A stretch of 64,000 bases of DNA, from NCBI GenBank assembly GCA_965541615.1, contig CBEUCJ010000001.1, forward strand, positions 259,754 through 323,753. The letters are read 5' to 3'. The notes under the pieces are model-generated. The model saw nothing but the letters and a program-made list of their open reading frames with translations. It was not told the DNA's origin and ran no database searches. The stretch comes from an uncultured bacterium. GTDB lineage: Bacteria; Omnitrophota; Gorgyraeia; Duberdicusellales; CBEUCJ01. A program made the translations under genes and the position numbers. Shown piece after piece: positions 50,254 to 59,047 of the stretch (position 1 is the stretch's first letter; each line of letters begins with the position of its first letter).

Positions 50254-50619
50254 TTGGTGAAGAAAAGTTTTACTTTAATAGAGATAACTATAGCTATAGC
50301 TATTTTAGCTTTAGTTATTGGAGGTATTTTATATTCTTATGTAATCTCTTTAAATACGATTAGAAATTTAGAGTATAAAACAAAAGCTCTTTTATTTACT
50401 CAAGAAATTTTAGAAGAATTTAGAGGCAAAACTTTAGTCCAGTTAGTGAATAATTATGATGGTGTTGATTTTCCTTATGGAGATATTAATGTCCATACAG
50501 ATATAGAAGTTTTGGAAGGTAGTGTGAGTTTACCTCTTTTATTGAGAATAACTTTTGAAATCAGGTGGCCTACAAGTACTAATCCTTTAACTTTAGTTTC
50601 TTACATTACTCAGAGATGA
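50254..50619 (+). CDS. Type IV pilin/pseudopilin-like protein (GspI/PilV-sized). TTG/GTG start; mature N-terminus FTLIEITIAIAI preceded by Ser rather than Gly.
   Basis: N-methyl-Phe/Glu5 class III signal (KKS|FTLIEI); 121 aa. Confidence 0.6.
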   Translation: MVKKSFTLIEITIAIAILALVIGGILYSYVISLNTIRNLEYKTKALLFTQEILEEFRGKTLVQLVNNYDGVDFPYGDINVHTDIEVLEGSVSLPLLLRITFEIRWPTSTNPLTLVSYITQR

Positions 50620-51137
50620 AAAGTTTTACTCTTGTAGAAGCTCTGGTCGTATTTTCTTTGTTTATTTTAATTTTAGGGAGCATATTTTATACATTAACTT
50701 TAGGAAGACAGACTCAAGATATATCTTTTGAGAAACTTTACCTTTTAAATAAATTAGCAAGTATTTCCTTATTAATCTCAAAGGAATTGAGAAAAACTAA
50801 CTATTCACACATTACAGATTTGAATGGAAACAGTTTAGTTTCAGATACTCTTTATAAAGGTATAAGATTTTCTTTACCTCAAATAGATAATCAAGGAAAT
50901 AAAATCTGGTCTTCAGATTATATTGAATACGATCTTAACACAACAAGATTTTTAAGAAGGACTCCAGATGGACAGAATTCTCTCTTAGAAAATGTGTCTT
51001 TTTCTTCAGAGAGTGGATTTATTTATAGAGGAGTAGAAAATAAGTTAGAAGTAATAATAAATTGCACAAAGAGTTTACCTTTAGGAAGAGAATTAACCCA
51101 AGAAGTAAGGTGGGCAGTATTTTTGAGGAATAGATGA
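50616..51137 (+). CDS. Type IV pilin/pseudopilin-like protein (GspJ/PilW-sized), again with Ser at -1 (MKS|FTLVEA)
   Basis: Prepilin-type N-terminus; 173 aa; 4-nt overlap with upstream gene. Confidence 0.6.
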   Translation: MKSFTLVEALVVFSLFILILGSIFYTLTLGRQTQDISFEKLYLLNKLASISLLISKELRKTNYSHITDLNGNSLVSDTLYKGIRFSLPQIDNQGNKIWSSDYIEYDLNTTRFLRRTPDGQNSLLENVSFSSESGFIYRGVENKLEVIINCTKSLPLGRELTQEVRWAVFLRNR

Positions 51138-52414
51138 GGAATAAAAGAGGTATTGTATTTGTAATAGCTTGTATTGTTCTTTCTGTACTTTTAGTGTTTA
51201 GTGGTAGTCTGCTTTATAAGATAATTTATACTCAAAATCTTTCTAAAAGGACTGAAGCTCAAATTAGAGCTTTCATCATAGCAGAATCAGCTCTTGATTT
51301 TGGAATAAACTTATTAAAGAATCATGCTATAACTTTTCCTTACACTCTTTCCAATCAATCTTTAGATGAAGGCTATTTTGATCTCGTTATTGAAAAGATC
51401 TCTCCAGAGAGGGTAAAGATTACATCTACTGGAAAGATATTATTAAGTACATTTGGAGAAACTAATCAAATTGAAAAGCAAGTTCAAGCTTATTTAGAAG
51501 AAGAGAGTTTCTGTAGATATCTTTACTTTACAACTGATGAACATCTGTGGGGTTTGGTGCCAGTCTGGTTTATTACAGGAGACCATTTAAGAGGACCTCT
51601 TCATACTAACACTCATTATCATATTTCAGGAGATCCTATCTTTGATGGTTTAGCTAAGTCTCATGATAATTGGGTAGAATATCTCCATGGAGGACCTCCT
51701 TTAGACAACCCTCAATTCAATGGAGGTCTTTTGTTAGGAGTACCTACTATAGATTTGCCAACAGATGCAAGTTCTATAAAGACAGCTGCACTTTCAGGAG
51801 GATTGTATTTGAAAGGAAAGACATTAGTAGTCTTTAATAATGATGGGACATTAACGATTACAAATAACAATAAAGGTTGGTATCAGAAAGTAGTCTCTCC
51901 TCCATCTAACCGAGTAATATACATTGAAGATGGTAATGTTTATGTAAGAGGTGTAGTTAAAGGAAATTTTACTGTAGGTACAAATAAAAATATTATAATT
52001 ACAGATAACATAGTGTATGCTGAAGACCCACGCACAACTCCTACTTCTACAGATATGTTAGGATTGGTAGCTGAACAAAATGTAATAGTGAGTACCGATG
52101 ATGATGATGGTTCTCAAATCTATGATCAGGCTTGTCCATATGATTTAGAGATCGATGCTTCTATTATGGCTTTAGGAGATTCTTTTGTTGTAGAGAATTG
52201 GTGGTCTTGCTCTCCTTTAGGGACTTTAACCTTATTTGGTGGAGTAATCCAAAAGTATAGAGGTCCTGTAGGGACTTTTGATCCAATAACGAATCAGAAA
52301 CTTTCAGGATATACTAAAGATTATCAGTATGATGAGAGGTTTGAAAGCTCACATCCTCCATATTTTCCTACTACAGGTGATTGGAGGTTATTAGCTTGGG
52401 AGGAGGTTGAATGA
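51134..52414 (+). CDS. Large PilX_N/GspK-like minor pseudopilin (no Glu5; RGxxF/AL-type N-terminus) with beta-rich C-terminal region
   Basis: MRNKRGIVFVIACIVL...AQIRAFIIAESALDFGI resembles PilX N-terminal domain/GspK anchors; 426 aa. Confidence 0.5.
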   Translation: MRNKRGIVFVIACIVLSVLLVFSGSLLYKIIYTQNLSKRTEAQIRAFIIAESALDFGINLLKNHAITFPYTLSNQSLDEGYFDLVIEKISPERVKITSTGKILLSTFGETNQIEKQVQAYLEEESFCRYLYFTTDEHLWGLVPVWFITGDHLRGPLHTNTHYHISGDPIFDGLAKSHDNWVEYLHGGPPLDNPQFNGGLLLGVPTIDLPTDASSIKTAALSGGLYLKGKTLVVFNNDGTLTITNNNKGWYQKVVSPPSNRVIYIEDGNVYVRGVVKGNFTVGTNKNIIITDNIVYAEDPRTTPTSTDMLGLVAEQNVIVSTDDDDGSQIYDQACPYDLEIDASIMALGDSFVVENWWSCSPLGTLTLFGGVIQKYRGPVGTFDPITNQKLSGYTKDYQYDERFESSHPPYFPTTGDWRLLAWEEVE

Positions 52415-52830
52415 AAAGGAAAAAGATAATTTTCTTAGTATCTCTTTTTGGAATTTTAATCGCAATTAATTTCCTTTTTATAAATAAAAAGAAAAAATTA
52501 CATAAAGAAAGATTAATGCCTTCTAAATTAAAGTCAGTTGAGCAAAGTAAGAAAAATCTTTTAAAGACGTCTTATCAGACTAAAATAAAAATATTAAAAG
52601 GCAAAAACATACCTCCTTTAAAGAAAGAAAAAGAAAAAATGCTCTTTAGCCAAATCGAAAAAAAAGAAAAATCTTCTTTTACCCCTTCTTTTTATAAAAT
52701 GTTCGATGAAGAAATAGAAATGTTAATCAAAGATAAAAAAGGTAAATTAAAAGCTACAAAAAATCAGGATATAATTCCTCCTTTAAAGATTTTTAAAGAA
52801 TTTAGAGAAAAAAGAGTAATTATTTACTGA
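52411..52830 (+). CDS. Hypothetical N-terminally anchored K-rich protein, last gene of the pilin-like operon
   Basis: TM helix then lysine-rich 110 aa; overlapping start. Confidence 0.4.
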   Translation: MKRKKIIFLVSLFGILIAINFLFINKKKKLHKERLMPSKLKSVEQSKKNLLKTSYQTKIKILKGKNIPPLKKEKEKMLFSQIEKKEKSSFTPSFYKMFDEEIEMLIKDKKGKLKATKNQDIIPPLKIFKEFREKRVIIY

Positions 52831-52853
52831 TCTATAAAAAATTGAAGTATTGA

Positions 52854-53942
52854 ATGGAGATTTTAAAAAGAATTCTGCTTATTTTTTTTATTCTTTTTTC
52901 TTCTCTTTTATTTTCACAATCAATCCCTAAAAAAGCTTTATATTGGAAAAAGTTAGATTCAAATAGAGTTCAGTGTTTATTATGTCCAAGAAAGTGTATT
53001 TTAAGAGATGGTCAAAGAGGGGTATGTGGGGTCAGAATAAATAAACATGGTATCTTATATACATTAGGGTATGGGAACCCTGTAGCTGTCCATATAGACC
53101 CTATTGAAAAAAAACCTTTTTTTCATGTATTTCCTGGAGCAAAGACTTTGTCTTTAGCAGTAGCTGGTTGTAATATGAGATGCAAATTCTGTCAAAACTG
53201 GCTTATCTCTCAATCAAGACCAGATGAGACTCAAAATTATATTTTAAGCCCCAAAGACATAGTAGAATTAGCTATTAAATACAACTGTGAGTTTATAGTA
53301 TTTACCTATACAGAGCCCACAGTCTTTTATGAATATATGTTAGATATTGCAAAGTTAGCCAAAAAAAGAGGATTAAAAACTGCTATGCATACTTGTGGTT
53401 ATATAAACCCAGCTCCTTTAAAAGAATTATTAAAGTACTTAGATGCAGTTAATGTAGATTTAAAAGGTTTTAATGAAGAGTTCTATCAAAACATGGGAGC
53501 TTATGCAAAATTAGAACCAGTTTTAGAGACTTTAAAGATAATTAAAAAATCTGGAGTCTGGTTAGAGATTACAAATCTTGTAATTCCAGGATTAAATGAC
53601 TCAGAACAAGAAATCAGAAAAATGTGTGAATGGATAAAAGAAAATTTAGGAACTGATACTCCTCTTCATTTTAGCAGATTTTTTCCTGCCTATAAATTAA
53701 GGAATTTACCTCCAACACCTATATCTACTCTTCAAAAAGCTTACAAGATAGCTAAATCTGTGGGTTTAAAATATGTTTACATTGGAAATGTGGTAGGTAA
53801 CCCTGCTGAATCTACATACTGTCCTAAATGTGGAAAAGTTTTAATAGAAAGAGTAGGTTACAAGATTCTTAAAAATAATATTGTAAAAGGAAGATGTAAA
53901 TTTTGTGGAGAAAAGATCCCTGGGATATGGAGAGATGAATAA
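52854..53942 (+). CDS. Radical SAM enzyme of the PFL-activase-like / AmmeMemoRadiSam-type family with an unusual N-terminal hydrophobic helix
   Basis: CLLCPRKCILRDGQRGVCGVR N-terminal Cys motif followed by GCNMRCKFCQNW radical SAM cluster; N-terminal ILLIFFILFSSLLFS. Confidence 0.7.
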   Translation: MEILKRILLIFFILFSSLLFSQSIPKKALYWKKLDSNRVQCLLCPRKCILRDGQRGVCGVRINKHGILYTLGYGNPVAVHIDPIEKKPFFHVFPGAKTLSLAVAGCNMRCKFCQNWLISQSRPDETQNYILSPKDIVELAIKYNCEFIVFTYTEPTVFYEYMLDIAKLAKKRGLKTAMHTCGYINPAPLKELLKYLDAVNVDLKGFNEEFYQNMGAYAKLEPVLETLKIIKKSGVWLEITNLVIPGLNDSEQEIRKMCEWIKENLGTDTPLHFSRFFPAYKLRNLPPTPISTLQKAYKIAKSVGLKYVYIGNVVGNPAESTYCPKCGKVLIERVGYKILKNNIVKGRCKFCGEKIPGIWRDE

Positions 53943-54621
53943 TTATACAGATACTTTGATTACTTATCTTCAGATATTTGGAATTGGTTTTAGTTTTGGA
54001 TTATGGGGTCCTTGTGTTTGGAACTATTTTATTCTCTCTAGTTTTTTTGTTAATCTTAAAGAAGCAAAAGAGATGTTTAAGTATATATTTTCTTTTTTGG
54101 TAGGTAGGTTTTTAGCTTATTTATCTTTAGGTTATATTACAGGAATTTCTGCCAGTTTACTAAAGAGATTTTTGTCTTTAAAACTCATAGATTTTTTTGA
54201 AATATTAGCTAGTATGATAATAATATTTTTGGGGTCTTTACTTATTTTTATGAAAGATCAAACTTACTTATACAAAAAGATAAACTTTAAATCTCTGAAT
54301 ACAGGAAATTTTTTCTTTTTAGGTTTATTTATAGGATTCTTGCCTTGCGCTCCACTTTTAGCTTTACTGTTTGAGGTAGCTATTATCTCTAAGAATGGGA
54401 TAGAAGGTTTAATTTACATGTTATTTTTTGGAGTAGGAATTTTTTTGTCGAGTTTAATAATCTTAGGTATTTTAAATTTGACTTTATTTTCAGCTTTTAA
54501 GAAACTGTTAGTCTCTGAAAAAAGTAGATTAATCTTTAGGATCTGTTGTTCTATGCTTTTGATATTTTTTGGAGTAAAGCTTATTTACCAAAAGCTTTTA
54601 TTTTTATCTCAAATGGAGTAA
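53935..54621 (+). CDS. Polytopic membrane protein with two intramembrane cysteines (WGPC in one TM helix, LPCAP in a later helix), CcdA/DsbD_2-like. Start set at ATG 53935, which overlaps the radical SAM stop as ATGAATAA.
   Basis: Six or more TM helices; Cys placement resembles thiol-disulfide electron-transfer membrane proteins; GGAGAG RBS. Confidence 0.45.
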   Translation: MNNYTDTLITYLQIFGIGFSFGLWGPCVWNYFILSSFFVNLKEAKEMFKYIFSFLVGRFLAYLSLGYITGISASLLKRFLSLKLIDFFEILASMIIIFLGSLLIFMKDQTYLYKKINFKSLNTGNFFFLGLFIGFLPCAPLLALLFEVAIISKNGIEGLIYMLFFGVGIFLSSLIILGILNLTLFSAFKKLLVSEKSRLIFRICCSMLLIFFGVKLIYQKLLFLSQME

Positions 54622-54656
54622 AATAAAATTGAGCTCTTTTAAAAAGGAGGTAGTTT

Positions 54657-55958
54657 ATGTGCAATTTTAAAAGAGTATTTATAGTGGTAATCTTTACAAT
54701 CTTTATTTTTTCTTCTATTAGTTTAGCTAAAAGTTCATTTGTAAAAGTAGGTTATGGTTATTCAACAAATCCTATAGAAGAAGAAGCAGTAAAAGAAGCA
54801 ATAGGAAAGTTAAAAAAGAGTCTGAAAAAAAATCCAGATTTTCTTATTCTTTTCTCTACTGTAGATTATGATTTAGAAAAAGTCTTAAAAGAAATAAGAA
54901 AAAAAGTAGGAAATAAAACTAAAATTTATGGAGGAACTTCTTGTTTAGGAGTCTTAACCAAAGATGGCTTTCACAAAGGTAAAAAAGGTGCATTAGCTGT
55001 TTTAGGAGTAATTTCAGATAGAATAAAATTTGGTGTAGGATGTTGTGATTTAGATAAATTTTCTCCAAGAGAAGCTGGGAAAAGAGCAGTGATAAGAGCT
55101 ATTAAATCTGCAGGAAAAGATATTAATCAAAAGCCAAAACTAATTTTAATTACTTCAGCTCCTGGAAGTGAAGAGGATATCTTAAAAGGTATAGCCGAAA
55201 TTGTAGGAGAAGATACACCTGTTATTGGTGGTAGTTCAGCAGATAACACTATAGAAGGAAAATGGTCTCAATTTTGCAATGATAAAGTTTGCAAAAACAG
55301 TACAGTCTTAGCAGTTATCTATACAGATTTGAAAACAGGGATCTCTTATCAGAGTGGATATGAAAGGACAATAAGAACAGGTGTTATTACAAAAGCTGAA
55401 GGAAGAATTATTTATGAGATAGATAATAAACCTGCAGCTGAAGTTTACAATGAATGGTTAGATGGTGCATTATCAGATGTTTTAAAAACAGGTGGAAATA
55501 TTTTAAGACGAACTACCTTTTTCCCTTTAGCAAAAGTAATAAGAGGTAAGGAAGATTCCTGGTATTTTTTATCTATTCATCCTTTATCATTTAATCTACC
55601 TGAAAAATCTTTGAGTGTTTTTGCAGATGTAAAAACAGGTGATAAGATAGAGCTTATGAAAGGTGATTGGGAAATGCTTTTAAACAGGTGTTTTTCTACT
55701 CCAAGATTAGCTTTAAGAGGAGCCAAAATCAAAGAGGAAGATGTTGCATTTGGAATATTTACTTTTTGTGCAGGGACCATGTTAGCTATCCCTGAAGAAG
55801 AAAGAGATAAGATGCCACTTTTGGTAAATAAAGTTTTGAAAGGTGCTCCTTTCATAGGAACTTTTACTTTTGGAGAGCAGGGTTACATACCAGGTATTGG
55901 AAATCTTCATGGGAATTTGGTAAGTTCTATGGTAATAATCAGTAAGAAAGATGAGTGA
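54657..55958 (+). CDS. FIST-domain (FIST_N + FIST_C) sensor-type protein with N-terminal signal/anchor
   Basis: PDFLILFSTVDYD...IYGGTSCLGVLT; VIGGSSADN; GIFTFCAGTMLAI; FTFGEQG match FIST N- and C-domain patterns. Confidence 0.65.
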   Translation: MCNFKRVFIVVIFTIFIFSSISLAKSSFVKVGYGYSTNPIEEEAVKEAIGKLKKSLKKNPDFLILFSTVDYDLEKVLKEIRKKVGNKTKIYGGTSCLGVLTKDGFHKGKKGALAVLGVISDRIKFGVGCCDLDKFSPREAGKRAVIRAIKSAGKDINQKPKLILITSAPGSEEDILKGIAEIVGEDTPVIGGSSADNTIEGKWSQFCNDKVCKNSTVLAVIYTDLKTGISYQSGYERTIRTGVITKAEGRIIYEIDNKPAAEVYNEWLDGALSDVLKTGGNILRRTTFFPLAKVIRGKEDSWYFLSIHPLSFNLPEKSLSVFADVKTGDKIELMKGDWEMLLNRCFSTPRLALRGAKIKEEDVAFGIFTFCAGTMLAIPEEERDKMPLLVNKVLKGAPFIGTFTFGEQGYIPGIGNLHGNLVSSMVIISKKDE

Positions 55959-57753
55959 AAAGAAGATATCTTTATTTAGTAAGATATTTTACCCTATAGT
56001 TTGTTTTTTTGGTGTAATAGGGATTTTAACTTTGTTTCTTTTTGTAAGGATTCACACTCAAAATATGGAAAAGACTTTAATTGAGGAGCATTTATTATTT
56101 GCTCAGATACTTTCTTTACAGATTGAGAGTTATTATTATAAAGGGACATGGCCATTCTTAGCACTTAAAAAACTCAGTAAAAATAAAAATATACTATTTT
56201 GGAGATTGGTAAATTCAGATGGAGAAATAGAGTTAGCTGATAACATAAATCTATGGGGTAAAAAGATTCAAGACAAAGATTTTAAGACAAAAAAGATAAT
56301 AGTAAAAGATAGTGTTTTACCTTCAACTAATGAAAGAATAAAGATCATAATTTATCCTTTAAGGATAAAAGAAAATGGAAACCCTTGGACTTTATGGTTA
56401 GGAATTTCTTTAAGGAATATAAGAAAAGCTCAAAAAGAATTAATCTTTGCTATTCTTAGTTTATCTCCTTTACTTCTTTTAATAATTTATCTTTTCCCAT
56501 TTTATTTAGCTAAAAATATAACTACACCTATAAAAAGACTCGTAAAAGCTACACAAATAATAGGAAAAGGAAACTTAGATTATACCATAGATATTTCTAC
56601 CTCTGATGAAGTAGGTATTTTAACTCGTGCTTTTAATAAGATGGTAAAGGATTTAAAAAACAAAACAGTCTCTCTTAATTACTTTGATACGATAATAAAT
56701 ACTATGGCTGATTCTTTAATAGTCACAGATGCCCATGGAAAGGTTGAGTTAGTTAACGAAGCAGCAGTTAAGTTGTTAGGATATAAAAAAGAAGAGATAT
56801 TAGGCAAAAACATAAATTCTTTAGTAGAGGTTAAACCTTATTTTAGTTTTAAAGAAGAGACAAAAAAACCTGTTGAATCTTTAGAAGCTATCTGGAATGT
56901 AAAAGGCAAAAAAGAAATCCCTGTTATTTGCAGTTGCTCTGAAGTTAAAAATGAGAAAGGAGAAGTAATAAACAGAATATACGTAGTAAGAGATATTACA
57001 GATATTAAGGAGACAGAAGAAGAGTTAATACAAGCTTATAAGAGGCTTAAAGAGACTCAAGATGAATTGATTCAAACAGAAAAGATAGCAGCTTTAGGCA
57101 AACTCGCTTCAGGGACTGCTCATGAGATAAAAAATCCTCTTTCTATCATAATGCAGGGAATATATCTTGTAGATAGTTTGGTTCCTGAAAAATCTCAAGA
57201 GTTAAAAGAGACTATAGATATGATAAAAGAAGCTGTAAAGAGAGCAGATACTGTAATTAAACGTATCTTAAATTATGCAAGAGCTTCAGAACTCAAACTA
57301 ACTCCCCAAAATATTTGTGAGATTATAGACCAAGGTATCTCTTTAATAGAAGAGCAATTAAAATTCAAAAATATAAAGATAGAAAGAGATTATCCATCTA
57401 AACCTATATTTGTTCAAGCAGACAGAGTAATGTTAAGTCAGGTATTTTTGAATTTAGCTACAAACTCTCAAGATGCTATGCCTGAAGGAGGAATGATTAG
57501 AATAAAAGTATATGAAGAAAGTGACCAGTGTGTAATTGAATTTGAAGATACAGGTATTGGTATTCCTCAAGATAAACTTTCAAAAATCTTTGAACCTTTT
57601 TATACTACAAAAAAACCAGGCAAAGGAACAGGTTTGGGTTTGGCTATGGTAGAATTAATAATAAATAGACATAATGGCAAAATAGACGTTGAAAGCAAAG
57701 TAGGCAGAGGAACAAAGTTTACGATTAAGTTACCTAAATTGAAAGAAGAATAG
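55951..57753 (+). CDS. Sensor histidine kinase (TM, periplasmic loop of about 140 aa, TM, HAMP, PAS, HisKA, HATPase)
   Basis: HEIKNPLSII H-box; N, G1 (DTGIGI) and G2 (GTGLGLAMV) boxes. Confidence 0.85.
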   Translation: MSEKKISLFSKIFYPIVCFFGVIGILTLFLFVRIHTQNMEKTLIEEHLLFAQILSLQIESYYYKGTWPFLALKKLSKNKNILFWRLVNSDGEIELADNINLWGKKIQDKDFKTKKIIVKDSVLPSTNERIKIIIYPLRIKENGNPWTLWLGISLRNIRKAQKELIFAILSLSPLLLLIIYLFPFYLAKNITTPIKRLVKATQIIGKGNLDYTIDISTSDEVGILTRAFNKMVKDLKNKTVSLNYFDTIINTMADSLIVTDAHGKVELVNEAAVKLLGYKKEEILGKNINSLVEVKPYFSFKEETKKPVESLEAIWNVKGKKEIPVICSCSEVKNEKGEVINRIYVVRDITDIKETEEELIQAYKRLKETQDELIQTEKIAALGKLASGTAHEIKNPLSIIMQGIYLVDSLVPEKSQELKETIDMIKEAVKRADTVIKRILNYARASELKLTPQNICEIIDQGISLIEEQLKFKNIKIERDYPSKPIFVQADRVMLSQVFLNLATNSQDAMPEGGMIRIKVYEESDQCVIEFEDTGIGIPQDKLSKIFEPFYTTKKPGKGTGLGLAMVELIINRHNGKIDVESKVGRGTKFTIKLPKLKEE

Positions 57754-57764
57754 GAGGTATAAAG

Positions 57765-58154
57765 ATGAAGAAGATTTTGTTAGTCGATGATGAAGAAAGT
57801 TTTTGTTACTTTGTAAAGAAGAATTTAGAATTAACAGGAGAGTTTAAAGTCTTCACTGCCAACAATGGAGAAGAAGGTTTAGAAATAGCTCGTAGAGAAA
57901 GACCAGATTTAATTTTATTAGATGTCTTAATGCCCGGAATGTTAGGTTCAGATGTTGCAGCTAAGCTACAAGAAGACCCAGTTTTAGCTCAGATCCCTGT
58001 AGTTTTTCTTACAGCTGTAGTTCAGAAAGAAGATTTTGGAGATGATTTAATTAAAAAAAGTGGAGGACACTTATTTTTAGCAAAACCCATTACTCCTGAA
58101 GAGTTGGTAACAGCTATTAAAAAGATATTAGAAGAAAAGGAGCAGGAAAGTTGA
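57765..58154 (+). CDS. Single-domain response regulator receiver
   Basis: ILLVDDEE...LLDVLMPGMLG...TAV. Confidence 0.8.
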   Translation: MKKILLVDDEESFCYFVKKNLELTGEFKVFTANNGEEGLEIARRERPDLILLDVLMPGMLGSDVAAKLQEDPVLAQIPVVFLTAVVQKEDFGDDLIKKSGGHLFLAKPITPEELVTAIKKILEEKEQES

Positions 58155-58561
58155 TTTCAAAAAAAATAGTCTTACACTTTCCTCCTGAATTAATAGATAA
58201 GCCTATAATTTCAAATATGGTAAAAAGATTTAATTTAGAATTCAACATCCTTAAAGCTTTTGTCACTCCCAGAGAAGAAGGATTGTTGGTCTTAGAACTT
58301 ACAGGGACTAAAAAAGCTTTGCAAGATGCTTTAGAGTACTTAAAAGAATTAAATGTAAAAATTCAAGCTCTGAGTAGAGATATTATAAGAGATGAAGATC
58401 TTTGTACAGACTGTGGAGCTTGTACAGTAATATGTCCTACAGGAGCTTTATATATGGATAAGAATACTTATAAAATTGTCTTTTCATCAGAAAAATGTAT
58501 AGCTTGTGAATTGTGTGTTAAAGAGTGCCCATACAAAGCTATGAAAGTGAGTTTTAAATGA
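58151..58561 (+). CDS. NIL-domain protein fused to 2x[4Fe-4S] ferredoxin; TTG start overlapping the regulator stop
   Basis: CTDCGACTVICP and CIACELCVKECP ferredoxin motifs; N-terminal about 75 aa NIL-like. Confidence 0.65.
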   Translation: MISKKIVLHFPPELIDKPIISNMVKRFNLEFNILKAFVTPREEGLLVLELTGTKKALQDALEYLKELNVKIQALSRDIIRDEDLCTDCGACTVICPTGALYMDKNTYKIVFSSEKCIACELCVKECPYKAMKVSFK

Positions 58562-58586
58562 TTTTGGTTGAATATTTTGATAAAGT

Positions 58587-58991
58587 ATGTTAATTTTAAA
58601 AGAGATGGCAAAAAAATTACTTTTAGTTTTTCTTATTTTAGGATTTTTAAAGATAAGCTGGGCAATAGATTTCTCTGTAGAATCTCCTTTTAGAGAGTGT
58701 ATTTTAATAAAAATTTCTTTAGATTCTACAAAAGATAACCTTAACCAAGATTTTCTGTCCAAAGAAGAACTTAAAAAGAGAAAGATAGAGTTAGGTTTTA
58801 AGACTGCAGATTACATTTCTGAATTGCTATGTGCTTATAACTTAGATTTTATCTCTGAAAGACTTTGGCAGATCTCAAGTTGGGTAGAAAAAGAAAGAAG
58901 GCTTGAGAAATATTTAAAAGAAAAATATTCAATAAAATTAGATATAGATATCCCTAAAAAAGCTTTTGTCTTTTACACTCACCGTTTTTGA
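58587..58991 (+). CDS. Hypothetical secreted protein (true start may be ATG 58605, MAKKLL...)
   Basis: Signal peptide LLLVFLILGFLKISWA; no motif recognised. Confidence 0.4.
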   Translation: MLILKEMAKKLLLVFLILGFLKISWAIDFSVESPFRECILIKISLDSTKDNLNQDFLSKEELKKRKIELGFKTADYISELLCAYNLDFISERLWQISSWVEKERRLEKYLKEKYSIKLDIDIPKKAFVFYTHRF

Positions 58992-58992
58992 T

Positions 58993-59021
58993 TTGACACT
59001 ATAAAAAAAATTACTTATAAT
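58993..59021 (+). promoter_or_regulatory. Consensus sigma70 promoter TTGACA-N17-TATAAT upstream of eno
   Basis: Both hexamers perfect with 17-nt spacer; AAGGAGGT RBS follows. Confidence 0.55.
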
Positions 59022-59047
59022 TTTACAAATTTAAGGAGGTATTTTTT

